A stretch of 64,000 bases of DNA from assembly GCA_028708865.1 (NCBI GenBank), contig JAQVYA010000002.1, forward strand, positions 2,819 through 66,818. The letters are read 5' to 3'. Under the pieces are notes generated by a model, which saw only the letters and a program-made list of their open reading frames with translations, was not told the origin of the DNA and did no database searches. Position numbers and translations under genes: made by a program. Source of the DNA: Desulfovibrio sp. Lineage in GTDB: Bacteria; Desulfobacterota; Desulfovibrionia; Desulfovibrionales; Desulfovibrionaceae. Below are positions 1 through 8,691 of the stretch, one piece after another; position 1 is the first letter of the stretch, and the number at the start of each line of letters is the position of its first letter.

Positions 1-152
1 CCCTGCTCATGCCGTACCAGGATATGTTCTATGGAGAAATTGGGCAGTTCATCATAGATGTCGATGACCGCACCGCCCGGAAAACCGAAAACGGTTTTGA
101 CCGCCTCTTTTTCCAGACACTTCAACAACACCTGCGCCCCTGTCAGCTGCAT
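1..152 (-). CDS. ilvB: acetolactate synthase large subunit (5' part, runs off the window)
   Basis: Manual translation from ATG at 152: MQLTGAQVLLKCLEKEAVKTVFGFPGGAVIDIYDEL...HILVRHEQG, the ThDP-enzyme N-terminal motifs FGxPGG and RHEQ; not in the ORF track. Confidence 0.93.
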   Translation of the reverse strand, partial: MQLTGAQVLLKCLEKEAVKTVFGFPGGAVIDIYDELPNFSIEHILVRHEQ

Positions 153-153
153 G

Positions 154-384
154 CTATCCCTCCGGTTGCCGATACTGCTCCAACACTTGTTGCAGTTTGG
201 TCTTGCCAGCCAGCTTTTTCTTTTTCAGTTGCTTGATTTCCTGGGTCTGTGTGGGGCTCAAATAGGGCCTGCCCTCATACTTCTGCAAGATGCGCTCGTA
301 TTCCTGATGTTGTTCCCAAAGGGACCTGAGTTCGGAATCCTGCTCCTGGTAACGCTCGATCAAAGTGAGATCTGCCTGTTCCAT
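154..384 (-). CDS. DUF465 (YdcH-like) small coiled-coil protein
   Basis: 76 aa, L..EH..YE...LKKKKLAGK pattern typical of DUF465; AGGAG RBS. Confidence 0.75.
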   Translation of the reverse strand: MEQADLTLIERYQEQDSELRSLWEQHQEYERILQKYEGRPYLSPTQTQEIKQLKKKKLAGKTKLQQVLEQYRQPEG

Positions 385-409
385 GAGCCTCTCCTTGGTT
401 GAGGGTTAT

Positions 410-721
410 TTACTTGACCGCCGCTCGAGGGACCACTCTCTCCCAGCGCGGTTCATGTTCCGATTCAATGAGCAGTGTCTTCCTGCGGCTGGTATGACCG
501 TCACGAAGGGACACTTGGCGTTGCCGCAACGCCAGTATGGAAGCCACGAAACGAATCAACGCCTTATTGGCCTTGTTGTCCACGGCAGGTGCACCTAAAC
601 GGATTTTGACGCACCCCTGGTAAATTCCCGCCACAGCCTCTCGCTTGGCTCCGGGCTGGGCCCAAACCCGCAGCAGCCACGAATCGTCGGCAATTTGTTG
701 GACGGGTTTTTGCGACTCCAC
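410..721 (-). CDS. yggU: DUF167 / YggU family protein
   Basis: V.AQPGAK and APAVDNKANKAL..F motifs, G.TSR.K; downstream of yggT-divIVA. Confidence 0.9.
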   Translation of the reverse strand: MESQKPVQQIADDSWLLRVWAQPGAKREAVAGIYQGCVKIRLGAPAVDNKANKALIRFVASILALRQRQVSLRDGHTSRRKTLLIESEHEPRWERVVPRAAVK

Positions 722-727
722 GCGCCC

Positions 728-1231
728 TTACTCCGCTTTCTTCAAAAAACGCATGCGCGACTCCAATTCCTCCAGACGTTCCTGTTCGGGATCCTCACCT
801 TCCAGGATTTCGAGATGCGCTTTGACCACCCCTTTGATCTGAATACGAAACTGGTTGCGCTGGCGTTTTAATGACTCGATTTCCTCATGCAACTGCCCCA
901 CGCGCTCGTGTCCGCGCTGAACAATCTCACGCGCCTTGGTGTTGGCTTCCTGCAAAATGATCTCGGCTTCGCGCCCGGCCGCCACCTTCAGTTCATCCAC
1001 CATCTTCTGCGTACTCATGAGCGTGTCGCGCAATGTTTCGTCCCGCTGACGATATTCTTGCAGGCGGGACTCCAACCGCTTGACCTTGCGCACCAGTTCG
1101 CGCTGCCTGTCCGCCGCCTGTCCCAAAGCCTCGGCGACTTCTACAAGAAATTGATCCACGTCCCGTGGGGCATAGCCCAGCGGGGAACGAGAAAACTTCT
1201 TGTTCAGCAGATCAATTTTGGAAAGATTCAC
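728..1231 (-). CDS. DivIVA domain-containing protein
   Basis: N-terminal DLLNKKFSRSPLGYAPRDVDQFL DivIVA motif followed by coiled coil; probable GTG start at 1231. Confidence 0.9.
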   Translation of the reverse strand: MNLSKIDLLNKKFSRSPLGYAPRDVDQFLVEVAEALGQAADRQRELVRKVKRLESRLQEYRQRDETLRDTLMSTQKMVDELKVAAGREAEIILQEANTKAREIVQRGHERVGQLHEEIESLKRQRNQFRIQIKGVVKAHLEILEGEDPEQERLEELESRMRFLKKAE

Positions 1232-1249
1232 CACACCCTCCGGCTGCAA

Positions 1250-1540
1250 TTACAACTGCAGGGCCAAACGCACCAGCAATCCGGGAATCACGTAATCCAG
1301 GAAGCCGAGAGCCAGAATGACGACCACGGGGGAAAGGTCGATGCCGCTTACATACACAAACGGCAGCCAGCGACGGACGCGGTAAAAGACGGGTTCGGTC
1401 AACGCCCGCAGGGTGCGGACGATGGGGTTGTACGGATCGGGATTTACCCAGGTGATCAACGCAGCCACGATGACCACAAGCTGGTATCCAAACAGGATAA
1501 CATGGATGAGCTGTGCCAGCCCACGTAAAACGAGGTCCAT
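1250..1540 (-). CDS. yggT: YggT family membrane protein
   Basis: TWVNPDPYNPIV...LTEP...IDLSP motif. Confidence 0.92.
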   Translation of the reverse strand: MDLVLRGLAQLIHVILFGYQLVVIVAALITWVNPDPYNPIVRTLRALTEPVFYRVRRWLPFVYVSGIDLSPVVVILALGFLDYVIPGLLVRLALQL

Positions 1541-1647
1541 TGGAATTGCTCCTCGGACGGCCTGTTGAGAGCCGTCAACTCTGCGTGTTTAAGGTTCGCA
1601 CACTGCACGTCACAAATCAAGCCCCGGGGTTTGGGAATACGGTCTTC

Positions 1648-2319
1648 TCATCCGGAAAAGCCGTACGTCCTCCGGAAATAGGCCAGTAGCGTCCAAAAGT
1701 CCGGGATCATCAACTCCGCCTTCAGATAGACGTTCTTAAAGGACCAAAACCGGACTCCGGCTGCCTCGGCGCTGCGCTCGTCAACGCTGGTGTCGCCGAT
1801 GTAGACGACATCATCGGGACGCATCCGCCAAGCCTCCAAAATAGCGTGCATTCCCTCGGGGTGAGGCTTGGGGTGCGAAACCTTGTAGGATGTGATGGTG
1901 GGGTAGAAGAACTCTGCCAGATCAAAATGATCAAGGATCAGGTCCAACGTATCCGTCCGACTGGTATTGATGGCCATACGCAGGCCCGCACTGCGAAGCC
2001 AGCCCAGAACCTCCCGCAGCCCGCTTTCCAAAAGAACATACGGCAAAACCCGGCAATAATCGAACTGGTCCCGATAAGCCCAGGCTTCTTCCAGCTTTTC
2101 CGGTGGGACAAGCCGCTTAATGGACTCGCCGATGGTATGGGCATGGGTGTAGTCTCGCAGTTCGTCATCCATGGGCGGCAGGCCGAAATGTTCGCGAAAC
2201 GTGTTGTAATACCAGGTATTTGCATCAAGAGAATCAATCAGAACGCCGTCGCAATCAAAAATGACGCCCTGCACCCCTCCGAGCAAATCCTGCGTGATCA
2301 AATTATTGAGATAAATCAA
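1648..2319 (-). CDS. HAD-superfamily hydrolase (phosphoglycolate phosphatase-like)
   Basis: FDCDGVLIDS motif I, KPHP, YIGD..VD; probable TTG start at 2319 after GAGG. Confidence 0.88.
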   Translation of the reverse strand: MIYLNNLITQDLLGGVQGVIFDCDGVLIDSLDANTWYYNTFREHFGLPPMDDELRDYTHAHTIGESIKRLVPPEKLEEAWAYRDQFDYCRVLPYVLLESGLREVLGWLRSAGLRMAINTSRTDTLDLILDHFDLAEFFYPTITSYKVSHPKPHPEGMHAILEAWRMRPDDVVYIGDTSVDERSAEAAGVRFWSFKNVYLKAELMIPDFWTLLAYFRRTYGFSG

Positions 2320-2335
2320 AAAAACCTCTTCAAAG

Positions 2336-3139
2336 TTAAACTTGTACGGGTACAACGGCCACACGCACCTCACGCGTAAGCAGTGGCCGTTTTGCCGGGG
2401 CGGAACGCAAGCCGGCAAGTTTCCAGGCTGCGGACCAAACAAACCGGGACGATTCAGGCAAATTCATCCCATCGGGCAATGGAGCCGATTCAACCCCGTT
2501 CTCGAGAAAAACTTCCACAATATCCCGGTCACGCACCACGAGCACTCCATCCGCAGGCAGGAAGGCGCAAACAGCTTCCAGCAACAGTGGCCACGGCAGA
2601 TTCGGATTCTCCGTCTCAGGGGCGTGCATGTGGGAAATCACATTATCAAGCTGAAGCTCCGCCTTGTCCAAAGCATCGTCTTCATCCACGCCAAGAGTGG
2701 CTCCGAAACGGCTCCAGGCCTGCTCCATGCCTTGGGTCAAGCCACGCAGTTCCAGTGCGCGTTCTTCCAGCACCCAGGCCAGCAGCAGCAGGAACTGGGC
2801 CCGGGCAAGGGCGGGGTGCGCCTTTTCCTCCCCCCCTTTTTCTCCGGCAAGTCGGCGTTGCAGTTCCTGTTCCAGGACAGAAACACTCTCTCCTCGGTCA
2901 CGGGGTGAAGGCTGCAATCCGTACGCGGCCATGTCCCCGGGCTTGGTGAACTGCTCGCCAAACCGAATGCAGTCTTCCAGCAGACTGTGAGCGGCTGCGG
3001 CATCCAGCGGCAACGAATCCGGCCGGAAATGGTCGTAGGAAACAGGTTCCGCGCTCAAGCCGGGATCAAGGAACAAGGCACCGGGAACGGCACCACCCGG
3101 TACGCATTCGGGATGAAGGTGGGGAAAGTGCAGCAGCAT
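2336..3139 (-). CDS. hypothetical protein
   Basis: 267-aa ORF with RBS, tightly packed between the Cys-rich ORF and the HAD gene. Confidence 0.7.
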   Translation of the reverse strand: MLLHFPHLHPECVPGGAVPGALFLDPGLSAEPVSYDHFRPDSLPLDAAAAHSLLEDCIRFGEQFTKPGDMAAYGLQPSPRDRGESVSVLEQELQRRLAGEKGGEEKAHPALARAQFLLLLAWVLEERALELRGLTQGMEQAWSRFGATLGVDEDDALDKAELQLDNVISHMHAPETENPNLPWPLLLEAVCAFLPADGVLVVRDRDIVEVFLENGVESAPLPDGMNLPESSRFVWSAAWKLAGLRSAPAKRPLLTREVRVAVVPVQV

Positions 3140-3142
3140 GCC

Positions 3143-3547
3143 TCAGCTCTCCTTGTCGGTATGGTTGGGATTGTCTTTTTCCAGAAGGGTCGATTCAAAA
3201 TGACGGCAACGTCCTTTGCAAAGGGGCAACGCCAGGATGCAAAGGTCGTTGTAACCATGGACACAACCTTGATCGCCCCCTGCTTCGTGATAATAATAGT
3301 CGGGGCAGCCGCAATCGCCCCCCTGAAGCTTTTCAAAACGCCGGTTCCACAGCTCCACGGTCTCCCGTCGTCCAAGGGAAAAGGCTTCTGCGCGATCCAG
3401 GAATGCGTCGAACTCCTCCTCCCACAACACCAGAAACCGACAGCGAAACGACTTGTCGTACCCGGGATTCAGCCGCTCATGGTAGAGACATCGCCCGGCA
3501 ACGTAAAAGCGGCACTCGTCACCGGGCATTTTGCGGACGTTGGACAT
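3143..3547 (-). CDS. cysteine-rich hypothetical protein
   Basis: 134 aa with 9 Cys; 3 bp from the next ORF. Confidence 0.7.
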   Translation of the reverse strand: MSNVRKMPGDECRFYVAGRCLYHERLNPGYDKSFRCRFLVLWEEEFDAFLDRAEAFSLGRRETVELWNRRFEKLQGGDCGCPDYYYHEAGGDQGCVHGYNDLCILALPLCKGRCRHFESTLLEKDNPNHTDKES

Positions 3548-3690
3548 AATATTTCAGGCACCAAGCACCTTTCCATTCTTTGTACACGTTTCCCCTGCGC
3601 TCGTCGAGAGATGAGCTCTCCGTAACGCCGCATCCTGCCGGAGAACTTGAAGGAACAACAATATTTTCCCCTTCCCGTGAACACCCTGTC

Positions 3691-3719
3691 TTGACCTTGC
3701 CAAGGCCCCTGTGTATTGT
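3691..3719 (+). promoter_or_regulatory. putative sigma70 promoter of tatA
   Basis: TTGACC-N17-TATTGT, 30 nt upstream of the tatA ATG. Confidence 0.55.
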
Positions 3720-3749
3720 CCGAAACCACTTCATACTTGGAGGAGACAC

Positions 3750-3959
3750 ATGTTTGGACTCGGTGTATGGGAACTCGTTTTAATTCTGCTCATTGTGGTG
3801 CTGATCTTTGGTGCCAACAAGCTCCCGGAAGTCGGTGCAGGCATCGGCAAGGCCATTCAGAACTTCAAGCGCGCCACTGGTGAGCCTGAAGAGATCGATG
3901 TGACTCCGGGAAAAGACAAGATGGAAGACAAAAAAGAGGATAAGAGCAAAGAGGCTTAG
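3750..3959 (+). CDS. tatA: twin-arginine translocase subunit TatA
   Basis: [40 protein letters not shown]; GGAGG RBS. Confidence 0.95.
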   Translation: MFGLGVWELVLILLIVVLIFGANKLPEVGAGIGKAIQNFKRATGEPEEIDVTPGKDKMEDKKEDKSKEA

Positions 3960-3978
3960 GCCTCGGCAAGACAGATAC

Positions 3979-4013
3979 AAAAAGCCCGGCATCCTTGGAT
4001 CCGGGCTTTTTTT
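3979..4013. terminator. bidirectional rho-independent terminator
   Basis: AAAAAGCCCGG...CCGGGCTTTTTTT between convergent tatA and mop. Confidence 0.8.
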
Positions 4014-4095
4014 CTCACCTCTTCCTTTGATAAAGGCAGGTGTTCAGGCCTTCCCTCGGTTTTCCCGCCTCTTGTTTGTTTCCAGAACAGAAGGC

Positions 4096-4305
4096 CTATT
4101 CCCGGGTCAACATCACGCTGCTGGCCTTCACCATAGCGCGCACCTCAACTCCCGGCTCAATTCCAAGATTTTCCACGGATGTCCGGGTGATCACGGAAAC
4201 CACCTCCACACCGGGGGCCACTTCCACCACCACTTCACAATTCACGTCCCCTTTGGTGACGCTCACGACTTTTCCCGGGATCAAATTCCTGGCGCTTACC
4301 TTCAT
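4096..4305 (-). CDS. mop: molybdenum-pterin binding protein (Mop/TOBE, molbindin)
   Basis: MKVSARNLIPGKV...VITRTSVENLGI...VKASSV. Confidence 0.92.
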   Translation of the reverse strand: MKVSARNLIPGKVVSVTKGDVNCEVVVEVAPGVEVVSVITRTSVENLGIEPGVEVRAMVKASSVMLTRE

Positions 4306-4453
4306 GGCCGCTCTCCTTGTTTCTGCTCAGTCAACATATTCGTAGCCATTTAGGAATAGATTACCAGACAACCGTAAAATGTCCACTCGGAGCAAACAAA
4401 AAAAGCCGCACCCATTACTGAGTACGGCTAAAACCAATCCGATTGTAAAAGCC

Positions 4454-5365
4454 TCAATGAATTCCCTGGGAAAGCGAGTAACTCAGGCCCCGCGGAGGAA
4501 GATACTGATCCAGCCGCTGTTCCAGGGCGGATCGGTTGGTTACGGCAACTTCCCAACGAGCGACAACCCCTTCGGGCAGAAGGTCCATGTCTACCAGTCT
4601 TACCTCACGCAAAAGTCCGTCCCAGCCTCGCAACATATTGTCGAATTCATGCGCCCCGTCAGAAGCAAACCATCCGGTCACAGTGAGCACCTCGGAGCCA
4701 AGCCCGGAAGAAGCCACCTGGGAGCTGGTGAAATATTGAGCCCAGAGATGGAGCCACACGGTTTGCAGATCCGTATTCAAAGCAGACCAGTTTCCGGCCG
4801 CTGAACGCAGCACACCCCGCACAGGGCCATCCGGCTCCCGGCCGATACGCAGCTCGGGCAACTGCACGCCGGATGGACTGATCCCACTAAGTACCTGAAG
4901 TCGCGACAGACTTGTAATATCGGCGTCCGTGAGCGTGGGCTCCGCAATAATGCGCGCCGTCAACGGCTGTCCGGCAGTCTGCATGAGACCAAGGGATTCA
5001 AGATGGTCCCGCAGGGCCCTGCGGTTCACGTCCACGTCCACCAGCATGGTGAGCCCGTCGGCAGACGGGGTGGAGGCCAGCTCCTTGTAGCCAAGTACGT
5101 ATTTTTCCGCAGATGGGGTCAAATATTCACGCACGGCAGCGGCCCGTTCCTCTTCAAGCGGCCGAGGGAGCAGCTTGCCGGCCACCTGGAACACAGCCTC
5201 CGCAAAGCCAAGGTAGAGTGTTTCCTGCCGAAGCTGATTCGGAGTCATTCCCTGCTCACGTGGTTGAAACACGCGGACTTCGTCCGCCGTTGCCCACCCT
5301 GGGGTCAACATTGCCCCCCAAAGCAGCACGCTGATCAACAAGAAAGGAACATGGCGGACTGTCAT
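4454..5365 (-). CDS. exported hypothetical protein
   Basis: Signal-peptide-like N-terminus; GAGG RBS before ATG at 5365. Confidence 0.7.
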   Translation of the reverse strand: MTVRHVPFLLISVLLWGAMLTPGWATADEVRVFQPREQGMTPNQLRQETLYLGFAEAVFQVAGKLLPRPLEEERAAAVREYLTPSAEKYVLGYKELASTPSADGLTMLVDVDVNRRALRDHLESLGLMQTAGQPLTARIIAEPTLTDADITSLSRLQVLSGISPSGVQLPELRIGREPDGPVRGVLRSAAGNWSALNTDLQTVWLHLWAQYFTSSQVASSGLGSEVLTVTGWFASDGAHEFDNMLRGWDGLLREVRLVDMDLLPEGVVARWEVAVTNRSALEQRLDQYLPPRGLSYSLSQGIH

Positions 5366-5458
5366 GCGCGAAACCTCGTACATTCTGTAATATGCCATTG
5401 GTTATGAAAAACGTGGCCGCAATCGGCCCCGAAATTGACCTTCAAACCGAATGTTGAG

Positions 5459-6520
5459 TCAGTCCAGCAAAATGGCCACCGGGCAAGTTTCCCGCACCCC
5501 TTGGGAATGAAACAACAACTCAATAAGTTCTGCATCGGGGGCGGAAACCACGACATCAGCCTGCTGAGGTCCAGTCATGGCCACAGCCCGCACTTCAAGC
5601 GGGGTCCCGCCGCAACGCTGCCTGGCTGCTTCATCGGTGGATTCTTTGGCGTACACTACCAGCCCTTTGTCCAACACCACGCTCCGCGGGGCCAGGAACG
5701 GCCCAAAAACTCCACGTCCCTCCGGACCAAAAATCACAGGAAGCAGTGCAGGGGCCCCATCAAGACCCCGGGCATCCACGATCAGACCGGTAAAGGCGCC
5801 CAACTCGGCCATGGAACGCTGATACTCCAACTCTTCAAGCGGTCGGGATTCGGACATGGACCATTCCACACCGGTGAACCGCACCTTGGGAGGAATACGA
5901 CTTTGAAAGGCTATGGAGGACGGCATCAAGGCGTTCGCTAAATCACCACGCAGCCTGGCTTCGGCCCGAACCCGCACAAGGACCCCGCCCGCATCATCAG
6001 GTTCCGTGGTCCGCTCAATGGGAGAATTCTGCAATTGGCCGCGCAGCTGGTTTTTCTGGGCTGGTGTCAATTCCTCGGCCAATTGGCGGCGTCCGTCCAG
6101 GGGAAGGGCAAACACAGCGTCGTGCAGCCATTTCCGGGCTTCCAGGGTGGCCTTCCGCATGGCCATGGCCTCAGCACGGGCCGGATTGTAACCGTCATCG
6201 GAAACTTCAGCCACTCCCGTGGCCGTGATTTGACCAGCCCCCCAATCAACCGTGGCATGTTCGGTTTCCCGAACCAGTCCCCCCAGAGGCTCAACAGAGG
6301 AAGACTCGGGAAGAATCCGCTCCGCACGATCCTCAGGTGAAACATTTTCGTTGATCCAGCTCTCCACCTGCTCTACTGCGCTGGGCTGGCCCTGCGGTGC
6401 CGGACCGTTCAACTCCGTTTCCTGGACCGCGGCGGCATCCCCGGAACCGTCCAGGGCAACGGCAGCCCCCGCCGTCACCAGCAGCAACGCCAATGCACAA
6501 AGGAGAAAACCATATCGCAT
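5459..6520 (-). CDS. exported hypothetical protein (LPP20-like, VDW..G.I.A.G family)
   Basis: Signal peptide; motifs TVDWGAGQITATG, A.RKA...AR, FTGLIVDARGL. Confidence 0.7.
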   Translation of the reverse strand: MRYGFLLCALALLLVTAGAAVALDGSGDAAAVQETELNGPAPQGQPSAVEQVESWINENVSPEDRAERILPESSSVEPLGGLVRETEHATVDWGAGQITATGVAEVSDDGYNPARAEAMAMRKATLEARKWLHDAVFALPLDGRRQLAEELTPAQKNQLRGQLQNSPIERTTEPDDAGGVLVRVRAEARLRGDLANALMPSSIAFQSRIPPKVRFTGVEWSMSESRPLEELEYQRSMAELGAFTGLIVDARGLDGAPALLPVIFGPEGRGVFGPFLAPRSVVLDKGLVVYAKESTDEAARQRCGGTPLEVRAVAMTGPQQADVVVSAPDAELIELLFHSQGVRETCPVAILLD

Positions 6521-6634
6521 CCCAAACTCCTTGGAGCGTATCACATAGTCAACATGGACACTGCCTGCGTGTAACGCGCCCGGCTCGGACTGGCAAGCCG
6601 CAGGCACCCGCCACAAGGCAACCTCTGGACGTTG

Positions 6635-7573
6635 TCAGCCGTTGAACCAGCTGGTTACGGCATTCGCCATTCCACGAACATCACCGGCGGCAAAACGAAG
6701 CAGCCCCTTATGCTTGCGGCACCACGTGATCTGCCGCTTGGCGTAGGCCCGGGTATTACGTATCCACAGCTCGCGCGCTTCTTCCAAAGTGCATTGACCA
6801 CGTAGCCAGGAGAGAAGCTCAGCGCAGCCGATACCGCTCCACCCTGGAGCCGAAGGGTCCGGACAACGCGTCCAGGCTTGCCGGGCCTCCTCAAGTGCTC
6901 CTGTTTGAAGCATTTCGTCGATGCGCGCCGCTAACCGGGGAGTCAATTCGTCGAGGTCCACCGTGACCCCCAGACAAAGTGCGTTCAGCGACGCCACAGG
7001 ACGCGTTCGGGAATGCCACCGGCTCAAAGGCTCGCCAGTGGCCAACCAAACCTCCTGGGCGCGAGCATTGCGCTGGCTGTCATTGGGGTGAATCCTGGCC
7101 GCGTACTCCGGGTCCACGTCACAAAGGGACGCATGCAACGACTGGGGACCTTCCCGCTCAAGCCACTGCTGCACCCGCCGACGAACGGCTTCGGGAATTT
7201 CCGGCACCGGTGCAATGCCTTCCAGCAAAACGCGCAAGTAAAGTCCCGTCCCCCCCACCAGGACGGGCAGACGGCCGCGCCCGGAGATATCCCGGATGGC
7301 GGCCACGACCAATTCGGCCATGCGCGCGGCATTCATGGCTTCCCCGGTGGGAAGAAAACCATAAAGATGATGGGGAGCCAGGGCTTGCTCCTCTGGGGTG
7401 GGTTGCGCCGTTATAATCGGGAAGTCCTGATAGACTTGGCGGGAGTCAAAGTTGACCACTTCCACATCCTGCCCCAGTGAAAGGGCTGCCCTGGTCTTGC
7501 CGGTACCCGTGGGGCCAAGAATGCAGACCACTCGCAACGCTGCTCCGTTCCCGTTTTCGCCTCCGCCTTCCAT
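6635..7573 (-). CDS. miaA: tRNA (adenosine(37)-N6)-dimethylallyltransferase
   Basis: GPTGTGKT, DSRQVY, VGGTGLY, TRAYAKRQITW; start could be GTG at 7585. Confidence 0.96.
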   Translation of the reverse strand: MEGGGENGNGAALRVVCILGPTGTGKTRAALSLGQDVEVVNFDSRQVYQDFPIITAQPTPEEQALAPHHLYGFLPTGEAMNAARMAELVVAAIRDISGRGRLPVLVGGTGLYLRVLLEGIAPVPEIPEAVRRRVQQWLEREGPQSLHASLCDVDPEYAARIHPNDSQRNARAQEVWLATGEPLSRWHSRTRPVASLNALCLGVTVDLDELTPRLAARIDEMLQTGALEEARQAWTRCPDPSAPGWSGIGCAELLSWLRGQCTLEEARELWIRNTRAYAKRQITWCRKHKGLLRFAAGDVRGMANAVTSWFNG

Positions 7574-7581
7574 GATGAAGG

Positions 7582-8100
7582 TCACTCCCCGAGCGCCTGC
7601 CTGCGCCGCTCCTCGCAACGCTTGTACAGCGGGGTCACCACACAACCCGGCACCAGTCCCTTGACCGAGCCGCCATTGCGGGCCACGTCCTTCACGATGG
7701 TGGAAGAAAGATACATCCACTGAAAATCGGTCATCAGAAATACGGTTTCGATCTTCTTGTTCAGCTTGCGGTTCATGAGAGCCATCTGGAATTCATATTC
7801 AAAATCAGAAACCGCCCGCATGCCCCGAAGAACCGCACCGGCCCCGCGACGACGGGCATAATCTACCAACAACCCGTCAAAAGGCTCCACAAGAATACCC
7901 CGTGAACTGCCCAGGGCCTCACGCGCCAGGGCTACCCGCTCCTCCAGGGTAAACAACGTATTTTTCGATGTGCTGCGGGCCACGGCCAGTACAACCGTAT
8001 CAAATATCTTGGCCCCGCGACGAATCAGACTGACATGTCCGTTGGTCAACGGGTCGAATGTTCCGGGGTAGACGGCGAGTCGGGGGTTATGGTGCGCCAT
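7582..8100 (-). CDS. coaD: phosphopantetheine adenylyltransferase
   Basis: YPGTFDPLTNGH, RGMRAVSDFEYE, LSSTIVK. Confidence 0.97.
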   Translation of the reverse strand: MAHHNPRLAVYPGTFDPLTNGHVSLIRRGAKIFDTVVLAVARSTSKNTLFTLEERVALAREALGSSRGILVEPFDGLLVDYARRRGAGAVLRGMRAVSDFEYEFQMALMNRKLNKKIETVFLMTDFQWMYLSSTIVKDVARNGGSVKGLVPGCVVTPLYKRCEERRRQALGE

Positions 8101-8639
8101 AATACTATCCTTGTCTGACCGTACGTGCGGTCGGTAATGCATTCCAGTCCTGGTGGCGTGTTCGGCTGCAAAGCAGCCTCCACCTCCGCCAGGATGAATC
8201 CGCCGGGAGCAGGCCAACCCCGCTCGATCATCAGTTCCAGGGCCGGGGCGAGCAGCCCCTTTCCGTACGGCGGATCAATAAATATCAGGTCAAACGGCTG
8301 CGGAGCAGCTTTGCGCAACGTCTGGTTCACGTCCGCCACCAGCACCCGGCCCATGGACCGAGGAATCCCCAACTCTTTGAGGTTGCGTTGGATTATCTGT
8401 GCCGCCTTGCTCGACTTTTCCACCAGCAGGGCATACTCCGCCCCCCGACTGATGGCCTCCAGGGCCAGGCTGCCGCTGCCTGCAAACAAATCCGCGACAC
8501 GACTCCCCCCCCACTGCATTCCACGAGCTTCCAACATGGAAAAGATGGACTGCCGTACTTTGGCCGTGGCTGGCCGATACCCCGGCCCTTCGGCCGTCCG
8601 CAGGGTGCGCCCCCCAAATCGCCCGCTGATCAGTCGCAT
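8046..8639 (-). CDS. rsmD: 16S rRNA (guanine(966)-N2)-methyltransferase
   Basis: MRLISG..GGR, DLFAGSGSL..EA.SRG, DPPY, YGQT. Confidence 0.94.
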   Translation of the reverse strand: MRLISGRFGGRTLRTAEGPGYRPATAKVRQSIFSMLEARGMQWGGSRVADLFAGSGSLALEAISRGAEYALLVEKSSKAAQIIQRNLKELGIPRSMGRVLVADVNQTLRKAAPQPFDLIFIDPPYGKGLLAPALELMIERGWPAPGGFILAEVEAALQPNTPPGLECITDRTYGQTRIVLWRTITPDSPSTPEHSTR

Positions 8640-8691
8640 ACCATGCCCGCCCCCATCATTAACGCATTTCGCCCCACAAGGGGATAAAAGA

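Noticed and set aside
8046-8100. 55-bp rsmD/coaD overlap as a frameshift
   Set aside because: Both proteins are complete; only the RsmD tail runs into coaD.
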